Source: an uncultured Bacilli bacterium
GTDB taxonomy: Bacteria; Bacillota_I; Bacilli_A; RFN20; CAG-631
NCBI GenBank assembly: GCA_947627355.1
Contig: CANQVX010000007.1
Location: forward strand, 14,952 to 78,951
Length of the DNA: 64,000 nt
Direction: 5' to 3'
Shown: in pieces, positions 1 through 10,027 of the stretch
Numbering within the stretch: position 1 is the first letter of the stretch
Layout: every line of letters begins with the position of its first letter
The notes under the pieces: model-generated
Seen by the model: the letters and a program-made list of their open reading frames with translations, nothing else
The model's database searches: none
Told to the model about the DNA's origin: nothing
Position numbers and translations under genes: made by a program

Positions 1-361
1 ATTTATGTTTACATACTTTGTTGAAGTATGTAAAGCTTTTGGAAGACTATTTACAGGACATACAGAACAATTATCAGGACTAGTAGGAATTTATAAAACT
101 GTCGATGAAACTGCAAGAACTGGTGCTGGAGCAATAGGTATGATATATATTGCCGGTGCTATTTCTTTTAGTTTAGGATTTTTCAATTTAATGCCAATTC
201 CGGCTCTAGATGGAGGAAGAATTGTCTTTGTATTAATTGAATCTTTAACTCGTAAAAAGGTTAATCCTAAAATTGAAGGTTGGATTCATACGGTTGGTTT
301 TATTTTACTATTTGGCCTAATGATTGTAATTAATATACGAGATATTATTAAACTATTTTAA
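1..361 (+). CDS. rseP: RIP site-2 metalloprotease RseP/RasP, C-terminal fragment (gene starts upstream of window)
   Basis: C-terminal TM region with NLMPIPALDGG motif typical of S2P proteases; rasP-polC adjacency as in Bacillus; first Met of ORF track is internal. Confidence 0.7.
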   Translation, partial: FMFTYFVEVCKAFGRLFTGHTEQLSGLVGIYKTVDETARTGAGAIGMIYIAGAISFSLGFFNLMPIPALDGGRIVFVLIESLTRKKVNPKIEGWIHTVGFILLFGLMIVINIRDIIKLF

Positions 362-383
362 CTAGAAATTAAGAGGTGGTACT

Positions 384-3300
384 ATGAATTTAAACGAATT
401 ATTAAAAATAGCAAAAATATCCAATACCACTTATTTTAGTGATGGCAAAATTTCAGACGTCACTTTATATAATCCTAATGGAAATAACCCTAATTATGTT
501 ATCAAATTAGCACTTAAAGATTTTATACCAGCGGATACATTTATTCTATTATCTAAAAACTTAAAAGAAGCTTTGAAAGCAAATTGTGCTATCATTCTAG
601 ATATTGAAAATAAAAACCTAGATGTAACAAAAATAAAAGAATATGTTAATAAATATATTGAAGTTTATGAAGATGATAATCCTCAATTAAAATTTTTGAA
701 AGATCAATCTTTTGCCGTTAGAAACGGCATTATTCGTCTATCTTATGATAGCATGTTAAAAGAAACACTACTTAAAGAACTTAAAACAAGATTAGAAAGA
801 TTTTTAAGTAATGCTGGCTTTAAATTAAATATTGAATTTGTTTATGTTGAAGCAGATGTTGAATTTAATTACGAACAAGACTTAGAAAAAATCTTTTCTA
901 AGACTGAATTACTTGAACCTATCTATCAAAACAATACTTATAATGGCTATAATGGTTATAATGGCTATAAAAAAAGAAAGATTACTATGAGTTTTAAAGG
1001 AAAAACCTTTGTTGATGTTGAATTAGATAATATTGGTGATAATGCTGATATTAGAACTAAAGGAAAGGTTTTTCAAATCAAAACAGACGATAACGAAAAA
1101 ACTATTTTTCGTATTTATATAACTAATTACAAAGCATCATATATTACTTTAATAACTGCTGATGAAAAGAAAATGCCTGAATCTTTTCTTGAAAGTTTAA
1201 TGGGCAATTGGCTTGAAGTGACCGGCACTTTTGCTTATGACACTTATGAAAAAGAAAACGTTATTTATCTAAATACTATTGATGTTATTGAAAGCCTTGA
1301 TGAAAAACTTGAAGACACTGCCCCTGTTAAAAGAGTAGAGTTACATGTGCATAGTGATATGTCAGCAATGGATGGTATTAGTTCAATTGAAGAATTAGTA
1401 ACTCAAGCTGCTAATTTTAATCATAAAGCTATTGCTATCACTGATCATAATTCATTACAATCTTTTCCAAATGCTCAAAGAATTCAAGAGGATTTAAAGA
1501 AAAAAGGAAAAGACATCAAGATTATTTATGGACTTGAAACAAATGTCGTAAATAATACACTACCTATTATTAAAAATCCAAGTAATGTATCATTAATTGA
1601 TGCAACCTATGTGGCATTTGATATTGAAACAACAGGATTGTCCGCTCAATTCGATAAAATTATTGAATTTGGCGCTGTTAAATTTAATGGCAGTCAAGAA
1701 ATTGATTCAATTGATATATTAATTAATCCAGGGTTTAAACTATCATCATTTACTACTGAACTTACTCATATCACTGATGATATGTTAAAGAACCAACCAA
1801 CTATTGATGTTGCTTTACCAAAAATTAAAAAGTTTATTGAAGGTTGTGTTTTAGTTGCTCATAACGCCACATTCGATGTTGGCTTTATTGAAGCAGCCCT
1901 TGGCCATCCTTTACCTAACCCTATTATTGATACTTTATCTTTATCAAGAGCCTTAAGTCCTGAAGAAACTAAACATAATCTAGGCGCTGTTTCACGTCGT
2001 TATCATGTTGATTATAACGAAGAAAGTGCGCACCGAGCTGATTATGATGCTGATGTCTTAAGACAAGTTTTTGATGGTTTAATTGCTGATGCAATGCAAA
2101 AAGACATTATTGATTATCATGAAGATTTAGCTAAATTACAATCTGATGATGCAATTAAAAGAATGAATTCATATCATACGAATATTCTAGTTAAGAATCA
2201 AAAAGGTTTAAAAGATTTGTTTAAACTTATAAGTGTTGCTAATACAACTTATTTTGCTGAAACTCCTTTGATTCCTAAATCAGTTGTTGAAAAATATCGT
2301 GGAGATTGCTTAGTTGGAAGTAGTTGTGCTCGTGGTGAAATATTTGAAATAGCTAGCACTAAAACTATTGAAGAACTAAAACAAGTTATGAAATTCTATG
2401 ATTACATTGAAATTCAACCATTAGATCAATATGAAATATTAGTAACTACTAAAAAAGTTGAATCAATGGAAAGAGTAAAAATGATTTTAAGAAACATCAT
2501 AACTGCTGCTAGAGAATTAAATCTTTTAATTGTTGCTACTGGCGATGTTCATTACACCTATAAATATCAATCAATTGCTCGTGATATTTTGATTGCTACC
2601 CCTGCTAATGGAGGGGGCTTCCATCCACTATTTGATTATAAAAAACGAATCGAACATTATCCTATGCAAGATTTAAAAACTACCGATGAAATGCTGACTT
2701 TATTTCCATATTTAAGTAAAGAAGAAGTCTATGAATTTGTCGTTGAAAACACTAATAAAATAGCAGATCAAATTGAAGAAGTTAAACCAGTTCATGATAA
2801 ACTTTATCCACCATTTCTTGAAAATTCTGATAGTGAACTTAGAAGAATTTGTTATGAAAATGCTCATAAAATGTATGGTGATGATTTACCAATTGAAGTT
2901 TCCTCAAGACTTGAAAAAGAATTGAATTCAATTATTTCTAATGGCTATTCTGTTATTTATTTAATTGCTAATAAAACGGTTTTAAAATCTGAACAAGATG
3001 GCTTTTTAGTTGGCTCTCGTGGTTCGGTTGGTTCATCATTTGTTGCAACTTGTGCCGGAATTACTGAAGTTAATCCATTAAAGCCTCATTATCGTTGCCC
3101 TCATTGTGGTTATAGTGACTTTAGTATAGATGAAACCAAAGTTAAAAGTGGTTTTGATTTACCTGATAAAGAATGTCCTGTTTGTCATAATCAAATGAAG
3201 GGTGATGGACATAACATTCCATTTGAAACATTTTTAGGCTTTAAAGGTGATAAAGTACCCGATATTGATTTGAATTTCTCGGGTTTAAATCAAGATCAAG

Positions 3301-4676
3301 CACACAACTTTATTCGTGAATTGTTCGGTAAAGACTATGTTTTTAGAGCAGGAACCATTTCAACTGCGGCTGATAAAACCGCCTTTGGTTATGCTAAACG
3401 TTATTATGAAAAACAAAACATAGAAATATCACAAGCAGAAGCAACAAGACTTGCTAAAATGATTGAAGGAACTAAAAAGACAACTGGCCAACATCCAGGT
3501 GGTTTAATCGTTATTCCTGCTAATATGGAAGTTTATGATTTTACACCTATTCAATATCCAGCTGATGATGTATCGTCAGATTGGTTTACAACTCATTTTG
3601 CTTTTGAATCTATTCATGATAATGTCTTGAAACTTGATATGTTAGGTCACGTTGATCCAACGGCTTTAAGAATGCTTCAAAATTTAACTGGAATCGATCC
3701 AAAAACACTTCCTTTAAATGATAAAAATGTTATAAGTCAGTTCCAAGGTGGTACTGTATTAGAACTAAATGATACTTTAGGTGCAGCTGGTCTTCCTGAA
3801 TTTGGAACATCACTTGCTAGACGAATGTTAAACGACACTCATCCTAAAACTTTTTCAGAATTAGTTCAAATTTGTGGCCTTGCCCATGGTACTGATGTTT
3901 ATTTTGGAAATGCCGATAAATTAATTAAAAATAATATTTGTACTTTGATGAATGTTATTGGTTGTCGTGATGACGTTATGGTTGATTTACTTGAATATGG
4001 CCTTGAACCAATTGATGCTTTTAAAATCATGGAAACAGTAAGAAAAGCCCAAAAACACTTAACTCCTGAACAAGAAGTTATCATGAGAGAACATCATGTT
4101 CCAGAATGGTACATTGATTCATGTAAGAAAATCAAATATCTATTTCCTAAAGCTCACGCGGTTGCTTATTGTATGATGGCAGTAAGAATTGCCTGGTTTA
4201 AATATTACAAACCATTTGAATATTATGCTACTTATTTTTCAGTTCGTGCTGATGCTTATGATATTGAAACCTTGATTAAAGGTGAAGAAGAAGTAACTAA
4301 TAAATATAAAGAAATTATTGTAAAGAAAAAATCAGAACAATCTAATAAAGAAAAAGCCTTAATAGTTGTTTTTGAAATAGCTATTGAAATGTTTAAAAGA
4401 GGCTATAAATTTGCTAATATTGATTTAAATAAATCAATGGATGAAAACTTTGTTTGTGATTATGAAAATAATGCTTTGATTCCACCATTTAGAACTATTG
4501 ATGGTCTTGGAATGCAAGCTGCTACCTCAATTGTAGAAGCTAGAAATGAAAGACCATTCACTTCTAAACAAGATTTGTTGAATCGAACAAAGTTAAATAC
4601 AACAAACATTAAAACACTTGAAAAAATTGGGGCAATTGATTTTGATAACGATGCTGAACAATTGACATTATTTTAA
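384..4676 (+). CDS. polC: DNA polymerase III PolC-type (Gram-positive replicative polymerase)
   Basis: 1430 aa; PHP motif HVHSDMSAMDG, 3-5 exonuclease FDIETTGL, Zn finger CPHCGY...CPVCH, pol III alpha core; RBS AAGAGGTGG 371-379. Confidence 0.95.
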   Translation: MNLNELLKIAKISNTTYFSDGKISDVTLYNPNGNNPNYVIKLALKDFIPADTFILLSKNLKEALKANCAIILDIENKNLDVTKIKEYVNKYIEVYEDDNPQLKFLKDQSFAVRNGIIRLSYDSMLKETLLKELKTRLERFLSNAGFKLNIEFVYVEADVEFNYEQDLEKIFSKTELLEPIYQNNTYNGYNGYNGYKKRKITMSFKGKTFVDVELDNIGDNADIRTKGKVFQIKTDDNEKTIFRIYITNYKASYITLITADEKKMPESFLESLMGNWLEVTGTFAYDTYEKENVIYLNTIDVIESLDEKLEDTAPVKRVELHVHSDMSAMDGISSIEELVTQAANFNHKAIAITDHNSLQSFPNAQRIQEDLKKKGKDIKIIYGLETNVVNNTLPIIKNPSNVSLIDATYVAFDIETTGLSAQFDKIIEFGAVKFNGSQEIDSIDILINPGFKLSSFTTELTHITDDMLKNQPTIDVALPKIKKFIEGCVLVAHNATFDVGFIEAALGHPLPNPIIDTLSLSRALSPEETKHNLGAVSRRYHVDYNEESAHRADYDADVLRQVFDGLIADAMQKDIIDYHEDLAKLQSDDAIKRMNSYHTNILVKNQKGLKDLFKLISVANTTYFAETPLIPKSVVEKYRGDCLVGSSCARGEIFEIASTKTIEELKQVMKFYDYIEIQPLDQYEILVTTKKVESMERVKMILRNIITAARELNLLIVATGDVHYTYKYQSIARDILIATPANGGGFHPLFDYKKRIEHYPMQDLKTTDEMLTLFPYLSKEEVYEFVVENTNKIADQIEEVKPVHDKLYPPFLENSDSELRRICYENAHKMYGDDLPIEVSSRLEKELNSIISNGYSVIYLIANKTVLKSEQDGFLVGSRGSVGSSFVATCAGITEVNPLKPHYRCPHCGYSDFSIDETKVKSGFDLPDKECPVCHNQMKGDGHNIPFETFLGFKGDKVPDIDLNFSGLNQDQAHNFIRELFGKDYVFRAGTISTAADKTAFGYAKRYYEKQNIEISQAEATRLAKMIEGTKKTTGQHPGGLIVIPANMEVYDFTPIQYPADDVSSDWFTTHFAFESIHDNVLKLDMLGHVDPTALRMLQNLTGIDPKTLPLNDKNVISQFQGGTVLELNDTLGAAGLPEFGTSLARRMLNDTHPKTFSELVQICGLAHGTDVYFGNADKLIKNNICTLMNVIGCRDDVMVDLLEYGLEPIDAFKIMETVRKAQKHLTPEQEVIMREHHVPEWYIDSCKKIKYLFPKAHAVAYCMMAVRIAWFKYYKPFEYYATYFSVRADAYDIETLIKGEEEVTNKYKEIIVKKKSEQSNKEKALIVVFEIAIEMFKRGYKFANIDLNKSMDENFVCDYENNALIPPFRTIDGLGMQAATSIVEARNERPFTSKQDLLNRTKLNTTNIKTLEKIGAIDFDNDAEQLTLF
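939..965 (+). repeat. three tandem 9-bp units (TATAATGGC/T) inside polC encoding YNGYNGYNGY
   Basis: tataatggc tataatggt tataatggc read directly at 939-965. Confidence 0.6.
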
Positions 4677-4694
4677 TAGAAAAGAGGGAATTAT

Positions 4695-5675
4695 ATGGAA
4701 AAAGTAGGGATTATTTTGGCAGCAGGAAAAGGTACTAGAATGCGTTCAATTTATAACGATAGTGCCAAAGTTTGTTTTAAAATTTTTGATCATGCATTGA
4801 TTGAATATGTTGTGGATAGTTTAAATCAAGCAGGCATATCCTCTTTGATTACCATTGTTGGTCATAAAAAAGAAGAAATCATTTCGTTGCTTAATAATAA
4901 AAGCCAATATGTTGAACAACTAGAACAAAAGGGCACAGGACACGCAATCATGTGCACTTTAGATTTACTTAAAAAAGATGATGTTGCTATTATTGTTTGT
5001 GGAGATACACCATTATTGTCGAGTGAAACGATAAAATCTTTACTTGACTATCATCTAAATAATAATTGTGATGCCACTATTTTAGAAGCAGATGTTGATA
5101 ATCCATTTGGTTATGGAAGACTTGTAAAAGATGGCTCTAAATTATTAAAAATTGTCGAAGAAAAGGATGCTTCTATAGATGAAAAAAAGATTCAAACAAT
5201 CAATACTGGTGTTTATGTTATTAACACTAACGCTTTGTTAAAATATATTCCTAAATTAACCAATAACAATGCTCAAAAAGAATATTACTTAACACAATTA
5301 TTTGAATTAATGATTGCTGATAGTAATAAAGTTGAATGCTTTAAATCTGTCGTTAGAAACGAGTTTTTAGGAGTTAATGATAGAGTACAACTAGCAAATG
5401 CTTTAAAAGTTATTCAACAAAGAATTAATGAAAAACACATGAGAAATGGAGTCACAATTGTTGATCCACTTACTACCTATATAGGAAAAGATGTTTGCAT
5501 TGGTAATGACACCATAATTTATCCTAATTCCCATATTTATGGTAAAAGCATTATTGGTGCTAATTGTAAACTTGGACCAAATGTTTATATTGATAACTCT
5601 ATTTTTCAAGATTGTGTTATAATAAAAAACGAGGTTGTTGAAAACAAACACCTCAACATTCAAGCAAAAAAATAG
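4695..5675 (+). CDS. glmU: GlmU-like UDP-N-acetylglucosamine pyrophosphorylase, lacking most of the C-terminal acetyltransferase LbH domain
   Basis: 326 aa; N-terminal LAAGKGTRMRS nucleotidyltransferase motif; strong GlmU-like stretch HMRNGVTIVDP..TYIG; ends after about 70 aa of hexapeptide repeats; gcaD(glmU)-prs adjacency as in B. subtilis. Confidence 0.75.
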   Translation: MEKVGIILAAGKGTRMRSIYNDSAKVCFKIFDHALIEYVVDSLNQAGISSLITIVGHKKEEIISLLNNKSQYVEQLEQKGTGHAIMCTLDLLKKDDVAIIVCGDTPLLSSETIKSLLDYHLNNNCDATILEADVDNPFGYGRLVKDGSKLLKIVEEKDASIDEKKIQTINTGVYVINTNALLKYIPKLTNNNAQKEYYLTQLFELMIADSNKVECFKSVVRNEFLGVNDRVQLANALKVIQQRINEKHMRNGVTIVDPLTTYIGKDVCIGNDTIIYPNSHIYGKSIIGANCKLGPNVYIDNSIFQDCVIIKNEVVENKHLNIQAKK

Positions 5676-5722
5676 TAAGAAAGGGTAGTATCAAACAAAG
5701 ATTTGATCAGGTGAAAAAAACG

Positions 5723-6685
5723 ATGCTTAATGGAATTAAATTAGTATGTTTAAGTGCTAATCAAGAGTTAACTGCTAAAATCGCTGAAATTTTAGAAGCT
5801 CCTATTATGGAATCTGAGTTGACTCATTTTGCAGACGGTGAAATTCTTTTCGAAGGCAAACAATCTTTTAGAGGGGATAAGGTTTATGTTATTCAATCGA
5901 CTTGTGCACCAGTAAGTGAAAGATTAATGGAATTGTTAGTTTGTTGCGATGCTTTAAAAAGAGCAAGTGCTAAAGAAATTACAGCCATTATTCCTTACTT
6001 TGGTTATGCAAGACAAGATAGAAAGGCCAAGGCAAGACAGCCAATTACTGCTCGTTTAGTAGCCGATTTATTACAAGTAGCTGGTGTTAATCGAGTTGTT
6101 TCAACCGATTTACATGCTCCACAAATTCAAGGATTCTTTAGTTGTCCTGTTGATGATGTATCAGCTATTCCAGTATTTGTTAAATATTTTGAAAAAGAAA
6201 AAATTGATAATATAGTTGTTGTATCTCCAGATCATGGAGGTGTTGTTAGAGCAAGGAAACTTGCTGAAAAATTAGGTGGCGCACCAATTGCAATTATTGA
6301 TAAACGTCGCCCTAAACCAAATGTAGCTCAAGTTGTTAGTGTTGTCGGTGATGTTAAAGATAAAAATGCAATTATCATTGATGACATTGTTGACACAGCT
6401 GGCACTTTATGTCAAGCAGCTCAAGTTTTAAAAGAAATGGGTGCTAACAAGGTTTATGCTGCTATTTCTCATGGTGTGTTAAGTTTAGATGCGGTTGATA
6501 AAATCAAGACATCTTGTCTTGAAAAACTAATCATCACTGATTCAATTCCACTACCAGAAGAAAAGAAATGTGATAAGATTGAAGTTCTTTCAATGGCAGC
6601 TTTATTTGCTAAAATTATTGAACATATCGAAAAAGGTTTATCACTAAGTGATGCTCATAAAGAGTTTCTAAAATCACTAAAATAG
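5723..6685 (+). CDS. prs: ribose-phosphate pyrophosphokinase (PRPP synthetase)
   Basis: DLHAPQIQGFF and VSPDHGGV motifs; ATG 5723 has AGGTG RBS; ORF track starts at GTG 5711 (alternative). Confidence 0.9.
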   Translation: MLNGIKLVCLSANQELTAKIAEILEAPIMESELTHFADGEILFEGKQSFRGDKVYVIQSTCAPVSERLMELLVCCDALKRASAKEITAIIPYFGYARQDRKAKARQPITARLVADLLQVAGVNRVVSTDLHAPQIQGFFSCPVDDVSAIPVFVKYFEKEKIDNIVVVSPDHGGVVRARKLAEKLGGAPIAIIDKRRPKPNVAQVVSVVGDVKDKNAIIIDDIVDTAGTLCQAAQVLKEMGANKVYAAISHGVLSLDAVDKIKTSCLEKLIITDSIPLPEEKKCDKIEVLSMAALFAKIIEHIEKGLSLSDAHKEFLKSLK

Positions 6686-6712
6686 CCGACCGATATTATT
6701 ATAAATAATATC

Positions 6713-6741
6713 TTGACTTTTAAGGTAAAGATTGCTAATAT
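6713..6741 (+). promoter_or_regulatory. sigma-A type promoter for rplM-rpsI (TTGACT-17-TAATAT)
   Basis: -35 6713-6718, -10 6736-6741, followed by about 70-nt leader before RBS AAGGGAGGA. Confidence 0.5.
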
Positions 6742-6810
6742 ATTTATCGGCACTTTGCTTGCCTTAGTAGCCCCGGTACAGTTACTAAGATTTGTAAGGG
6801 AGGATATAAA

Positions 6811-7251
6811 ATGCAACGTCAAACAACAATGGCGAAGCCAAAAGAAATTACCCGTAAGTGGTATGTCGTTGATGCAACAAACATTCCTTTAGGAAGACTT
6901 GCATCACAAGTAGCAATGGTATTAACAGGAAAAGATAAGCCAACTTATACTCCAAATGTTGATACAGGCGACTATGTAATTATTTTAAACTGTGGAAAAG
7001 TTGCTTTAACTGGCAACAAATTAAAAACCAAAAATTATTACAATCATTCACAATATTTAGGTGGATTAAGAACTCGTTCAGCAAAAACTATGGTTGAAAA
7101 ATATCCAGTAGAAATGGTTGAAAGAGCAGTATGGGGTATGTTACCTAAAGGTTCACTTGGTAGACAAATGTATAAAAAATTATTTGTTTATGAAGGAAAT
7201 GAACATCGTCATGAAGCTCAAAAACCTGTTGAATTAAAAATTAAGTTATAG
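6811..7251 (+). CDS. rplM: 50S ribosomal protein L13
   Basis: [15 protein letters not shown] hallmark N-terminus; 146 aa. Confidence 0.95.
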   Translation: MQRQTTMAKPKEITRKWYVVDATNIPLGRLASQVAMVLTGKDKPTYTPNVDTGDYVIILNCGKVALTGNKLKTKNYYNHSQYLGGLRTRSAKTMVEKYPVEMVERAVWGMLPKGSLGRQMYKKLFVYEGNEHRHEAQKPVELKIKL

Positions 7252-7262
7252 GAGGAAATAAA

Positions 7263-7676
7263 ATGGCAGCTAAAAAGAAAACACAAGAAGTTGTTCGCTA
7301 TTGTGGAACTGGTAGAAGAAAATCTTCAGTTGCAAGAGTTGCTTTGATTCCTGGAACTGGAAACATTCTAGTTAATGGAAGAAAAGTTGAAGAATATTTA
7401 CCTTCTCAAACATTTATTATGGATTTAAAACAACCTTTAACAGCAACTGAAAATGCAGCACGTTTTGACGTTATCGTTAACGTTTATGGCGGTGGTTTTT
7501 CAGGACAAACTGGTGCAATTCGTTTAGGTATTGCTAGAGCTTTATTACAAGCTTCTAATGAATATAGACCAACACTTAAAGCTTTAGGTTTATTAACTCG
7601 TGATGCAAGAGTTAAAGAACGTAAGAAATATGGTCTTAAAGGCGCACGTAGAGCACCTCAATTCTCTAAACGTTAA
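7263..7676 (+). CDS. rpsI: 30S ribosomal protein S9
   Basis: C-terminal [29 protein letters not shown]; 137 aa. Confidence 0.95.
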   Translation: MAAKKKTQEVVRYCGTGRRKSSVARVALIPGTGNILVNGRKVEEYLPSQTFIMDLKQPLTATENAARFDVIVNVYGGGFSGQTGAIRLGIARALLQASNEYRPTLKALGLLTRDARVKERKKYGLKGARRAPQFSKR

Positions 7677-7697
7677 TTTAAATTTGATTGTAATTTT

Positions 7698-7726
7698 AAA
7701 AAGCTCGATTCGTTCGAGCTTTTTTG
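7698..7726 (+). terminator. rho-independent terminator after rpsI
   Basis: AAAGCTCGA-ttcgt-TCGAGCTTT stem-loop followed by T-run. Confidence 0.7.
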
Positions 7727-7777
7727 CATCTTTAATAAATTAATATTTGTTTTCATACAATTATAAGAGGTGTTGAT

Positions 7778-8470
7778 ATGAAAACAAAAAAGATAATGAT
7801 AACCTTAATATTCATGTTATTAATTAGTTTATTTAATACTTTTCTTGTAATTAGTTATAAGACTAGTGAACACATTGTTTCTAGTCTATCTGGATATTGT
7901 ATTTTTATTGATCCAGGTCATGGTGGAAAAGATAATGGCACTAGTTTTAATGATGTTTTAGAAGATGAAATAAACCTAGCTATAGCAAAAAAAGTGTATG
8001 AAAGATTACTAGATGATAATGCTAGAGTGATAATTAGTAGAATAGCCGATTATGATTTAAGTGATATGTATGCTAAAAATCATAAGATTCAAGACTTAAA
8101 TAAAAGAATAGAATATATGAAAAAGTGTAATGTTGACTTGTTTATAAGCATTCATTTGAATTCTTATAGCAGTAGTGATGTTAGTGGCGCTCAAGTATTT
8201 TATAAATCCAATTTAAATGAAAGTAAAACCTTAGCTAATTGTATTCAAGATAGTCTAAATTCACTAAATAAAAAGAATAAAAAAGTAAAAACTGGAGACT
8301 ATTATATCTTTAAAAATACCGGTCAAATCAATGGAATTATTGTTGAATGTGGATTTTTATCTAATAGCGAAGATAGACAAAATCTATTATCGGATTCCTA
8401 TCAAAATAAGATTGCTAAATTGATTCATGAAGGCTTAATTAATTATCTTGAACTTAAAAACCGTATTTAA
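7778..8470 (+). CDS. cwlD: N-acetylmuramoyl-L-alanine amidase, CwlD-like (Amidase_3)
   Basis: N-terminal TM then FIDPGHGGKDNG amidase_3 motif; located downstream of rpsI as cwlD is in B. subtilis; RBS AAGAGGTG. Confidence 0.75.
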   Translation: MKTKKIMITLIFMLLISLFNTFLVISYKTSEHIVSSLSGYCIFIDPGHGGKDNGTSFNDVLEDEINLAIAKKVYERLLDDNARVIISRIADYDLSDMYAKNHKIQDLNKRIEYMKKCNVDLFISIHLNSYSSSDVSGAQVFYKSNLNESKTLANCIQDSLNSLNKKNKKVKTGDYYIFKNTGQINGIIVECGFLSNSEDRQNLLSDSYQNKIAKLIHEGLINYLELKNRI

Positions 8471-8499
8471 AATTTAAAAATGCTTAAACTATTTTTGAG

Positions 8500-8916
8500 G
8501 TGATTTTTATTAAAAAGGTATTTCGCTTTTTAGCAAATCTTGGCTATAGTTTAATGCAATTGATGGTTATGTTACTTATTTCCTTTTTTGTTATCTCAAT
8601 AAAACTTGTAAGAGAAGATAGTCCTAATCCATATTGTAAGGTTAGTAATCAAAATACTAATCTTGAATTAGATTATAAAGAAATTGATTATTATACTTAT
8701 GAAGTTGATTGTAATACTTTAATGGTAGAAGTATATTTAATCGATTCTATCGACAAATTTGATGCTGTTGCCTTGCTAGTTCAAATAAAACAACAACTAG
8801 AAAATAGTAATTATTCAATCATGACACACTTCACTTTAAATGGTAAAAAACTAACTAATACCATGTATGCTAATTTGAATTTAGGACATGATGGGATAAG
8901 TTATGTTGGTGGTTAA
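8500..8916 (+). CDS. hypothetical membrane-anchored protein
   Basis: 138-aa ORF with GTG start, one N-terminal TM segment; no recognisable family. Confidence 0.4.
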   Translation: MIFIKKVFRFLANLGYSLMQLMVMLLISFFVISIKLVREDSPNPYCKVSNQNTNLELDYKEIDYYTYEVDCNTLMVEVYLIDSIDKFDAVALLVQIKQQLENSNYSIMTHFTLNGKKLTNTMYANLNLGHDGISYVGG

Positions 8917-8973
8917 AAATATTTGAGTTTGTATATTATATTTGATATAATATACATCGTTGGAGGAAGAAGT

Positions 8974-9591
8974 ATGAAAACCGTGATTTATGCTAGTAAT
9001 TGTTATGATAAATTATGTGATGATTTATTAAACGATAAAGTGGTGGGATTTCCTACTGATACCGTTTATGGACTAGCTATTTCAAGTTATAGTAGTAAAG
9101 CTTTTGATGCTTTAGTTGCTATAAAAAATAGACCAATTACTAAACCTATTTCAGTCATGGTTGATAGCATTGATAAAATTAAAGAGTTAGCTATTTTAGA
9201 TAATAGAAAACTTAAAATGCTAGAAGCTTTATTGCCAGGGCCAGTAACTTTTTTATTAAAAGCCAAAGATAATTTGCCTTATCATATGACTCTTGGTTAT
9301 TCAACTATTGGTATTCGTATTCCTAACCATCCAACAAGCCTTGCTATTTTAAAAAAAGTAAATGTTCCTTTACTTGTTACTAGTGCAAATTTATCGGGTG
9401 AAGAACCACTACTTAAAGCAAATGATGTTTATAACAAATTTAATGATAAATTAGCATCATTAATAGCTGAAGATAGTCTAGGCAATCAGGCCTCAACAAT
9501 AATTGATTTATCAAATGATAAACCTGTTATTGTTCGCGATGGACCTATATCACATCAAGAAGTAATGACTATTTGGGAGGAAAGCAAATGA
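8974..9591 (+). CDS. tsaC: L-threonylcarbamoyladenylate synthase (Sua5/YciO/YrdC/YwlC family)
   Basis: FPTDTVYGLA motif; RBS TTGGAGGAAG before ATG 8974 (ORF track extends to 8923); ywlC-rpiB-atp synteny as in B. subtilis. Confidence 0.8.
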   Translation: MKTVIYASNCYDKLCDDLLNDKVVGFPTDTVYGLAISSYSSKAFDALVAIKNRPITKPISVMVDSIDKIKELAILDNRKLKMLEALLPGPVTFLLKAKDNLPYHMTLGYSTIGIRIPNHPTSLAILKKVNVPLLVTSANLSGEEPLLKANDVYNKFNDKLASLIAEDSLGNQASTIIDLSNDKPVIVRDGPISHQEVMTIWEESK

Positions 9592-10025
9592 AATTAGCAA
9601 TTGGTTCAGATCATGGTGGCTTTGAACTTAAAAAAGCAATCATGGAAACATTAAAAGATGAAATTGAATGGCTAGATTGTGGAACATATAGTCTAGATTC
9701 TTGTGACTATCCCGATTTTGCTTTTAAAACAGCTTTAAAAGTTAAAAACAAGGAATGTGATTATGGAATTGTTATTTGTAAAAGTGGTATTGGTATGTCA
9801 ATAGCTGCAAATAAAGTAAAAGGTATTCGTTGTGCTTTAGTAACTAATGAAACTAATGCTATTTTATCAAAACAACATAACAATTCTAATATGCTAGCAT
9901 TTGGTGCTAATGATGTTGATTTAAATCATGCTATTTCTATTATCAAAGCGTGGTTAAATACTACATTTTTAGCCGGTAGACATGAAAATCGTGTCAAGAA
10001 AATAACTGATTTTGAAAATCAATAG
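9588..10025 (+). CDS. rpiB: ribose-5-phosphate isomerase B
   Basis: MKLAIGSDHGGFELK N-terminus, RpiB/LacA/LacB fold; RBS GGGAGGAAAG. Confidence 0.85.
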   Translation: MKLAIGSDHGGFELKKAIMETLKDEIEWLDCGTYSLDSCDYPDFAFKTALKVKNKECDYGIVICKSGIGMSIAANKVKGIRCALVTNETNAILSKQHNNSNMLAFGANDVDLNHAISIIKAWLNTTFLAGRHENRVKKITDFENQ

Positions 10026-10027
10026 TT

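Noticed and set aside
3899-4084. Short antisense ORFs inside polC (3899-4084), glmU (5403-5663), atpC (16395-16586), the lipoprotein gene (19846-20417), murF, ddl, RHS (48165-48359, 49107-49289, 49670-49936) and others
   Set aside because: Fully embedded in the opposite strand of well-supported genes, no RBS, AT-rich codon-poor composition.
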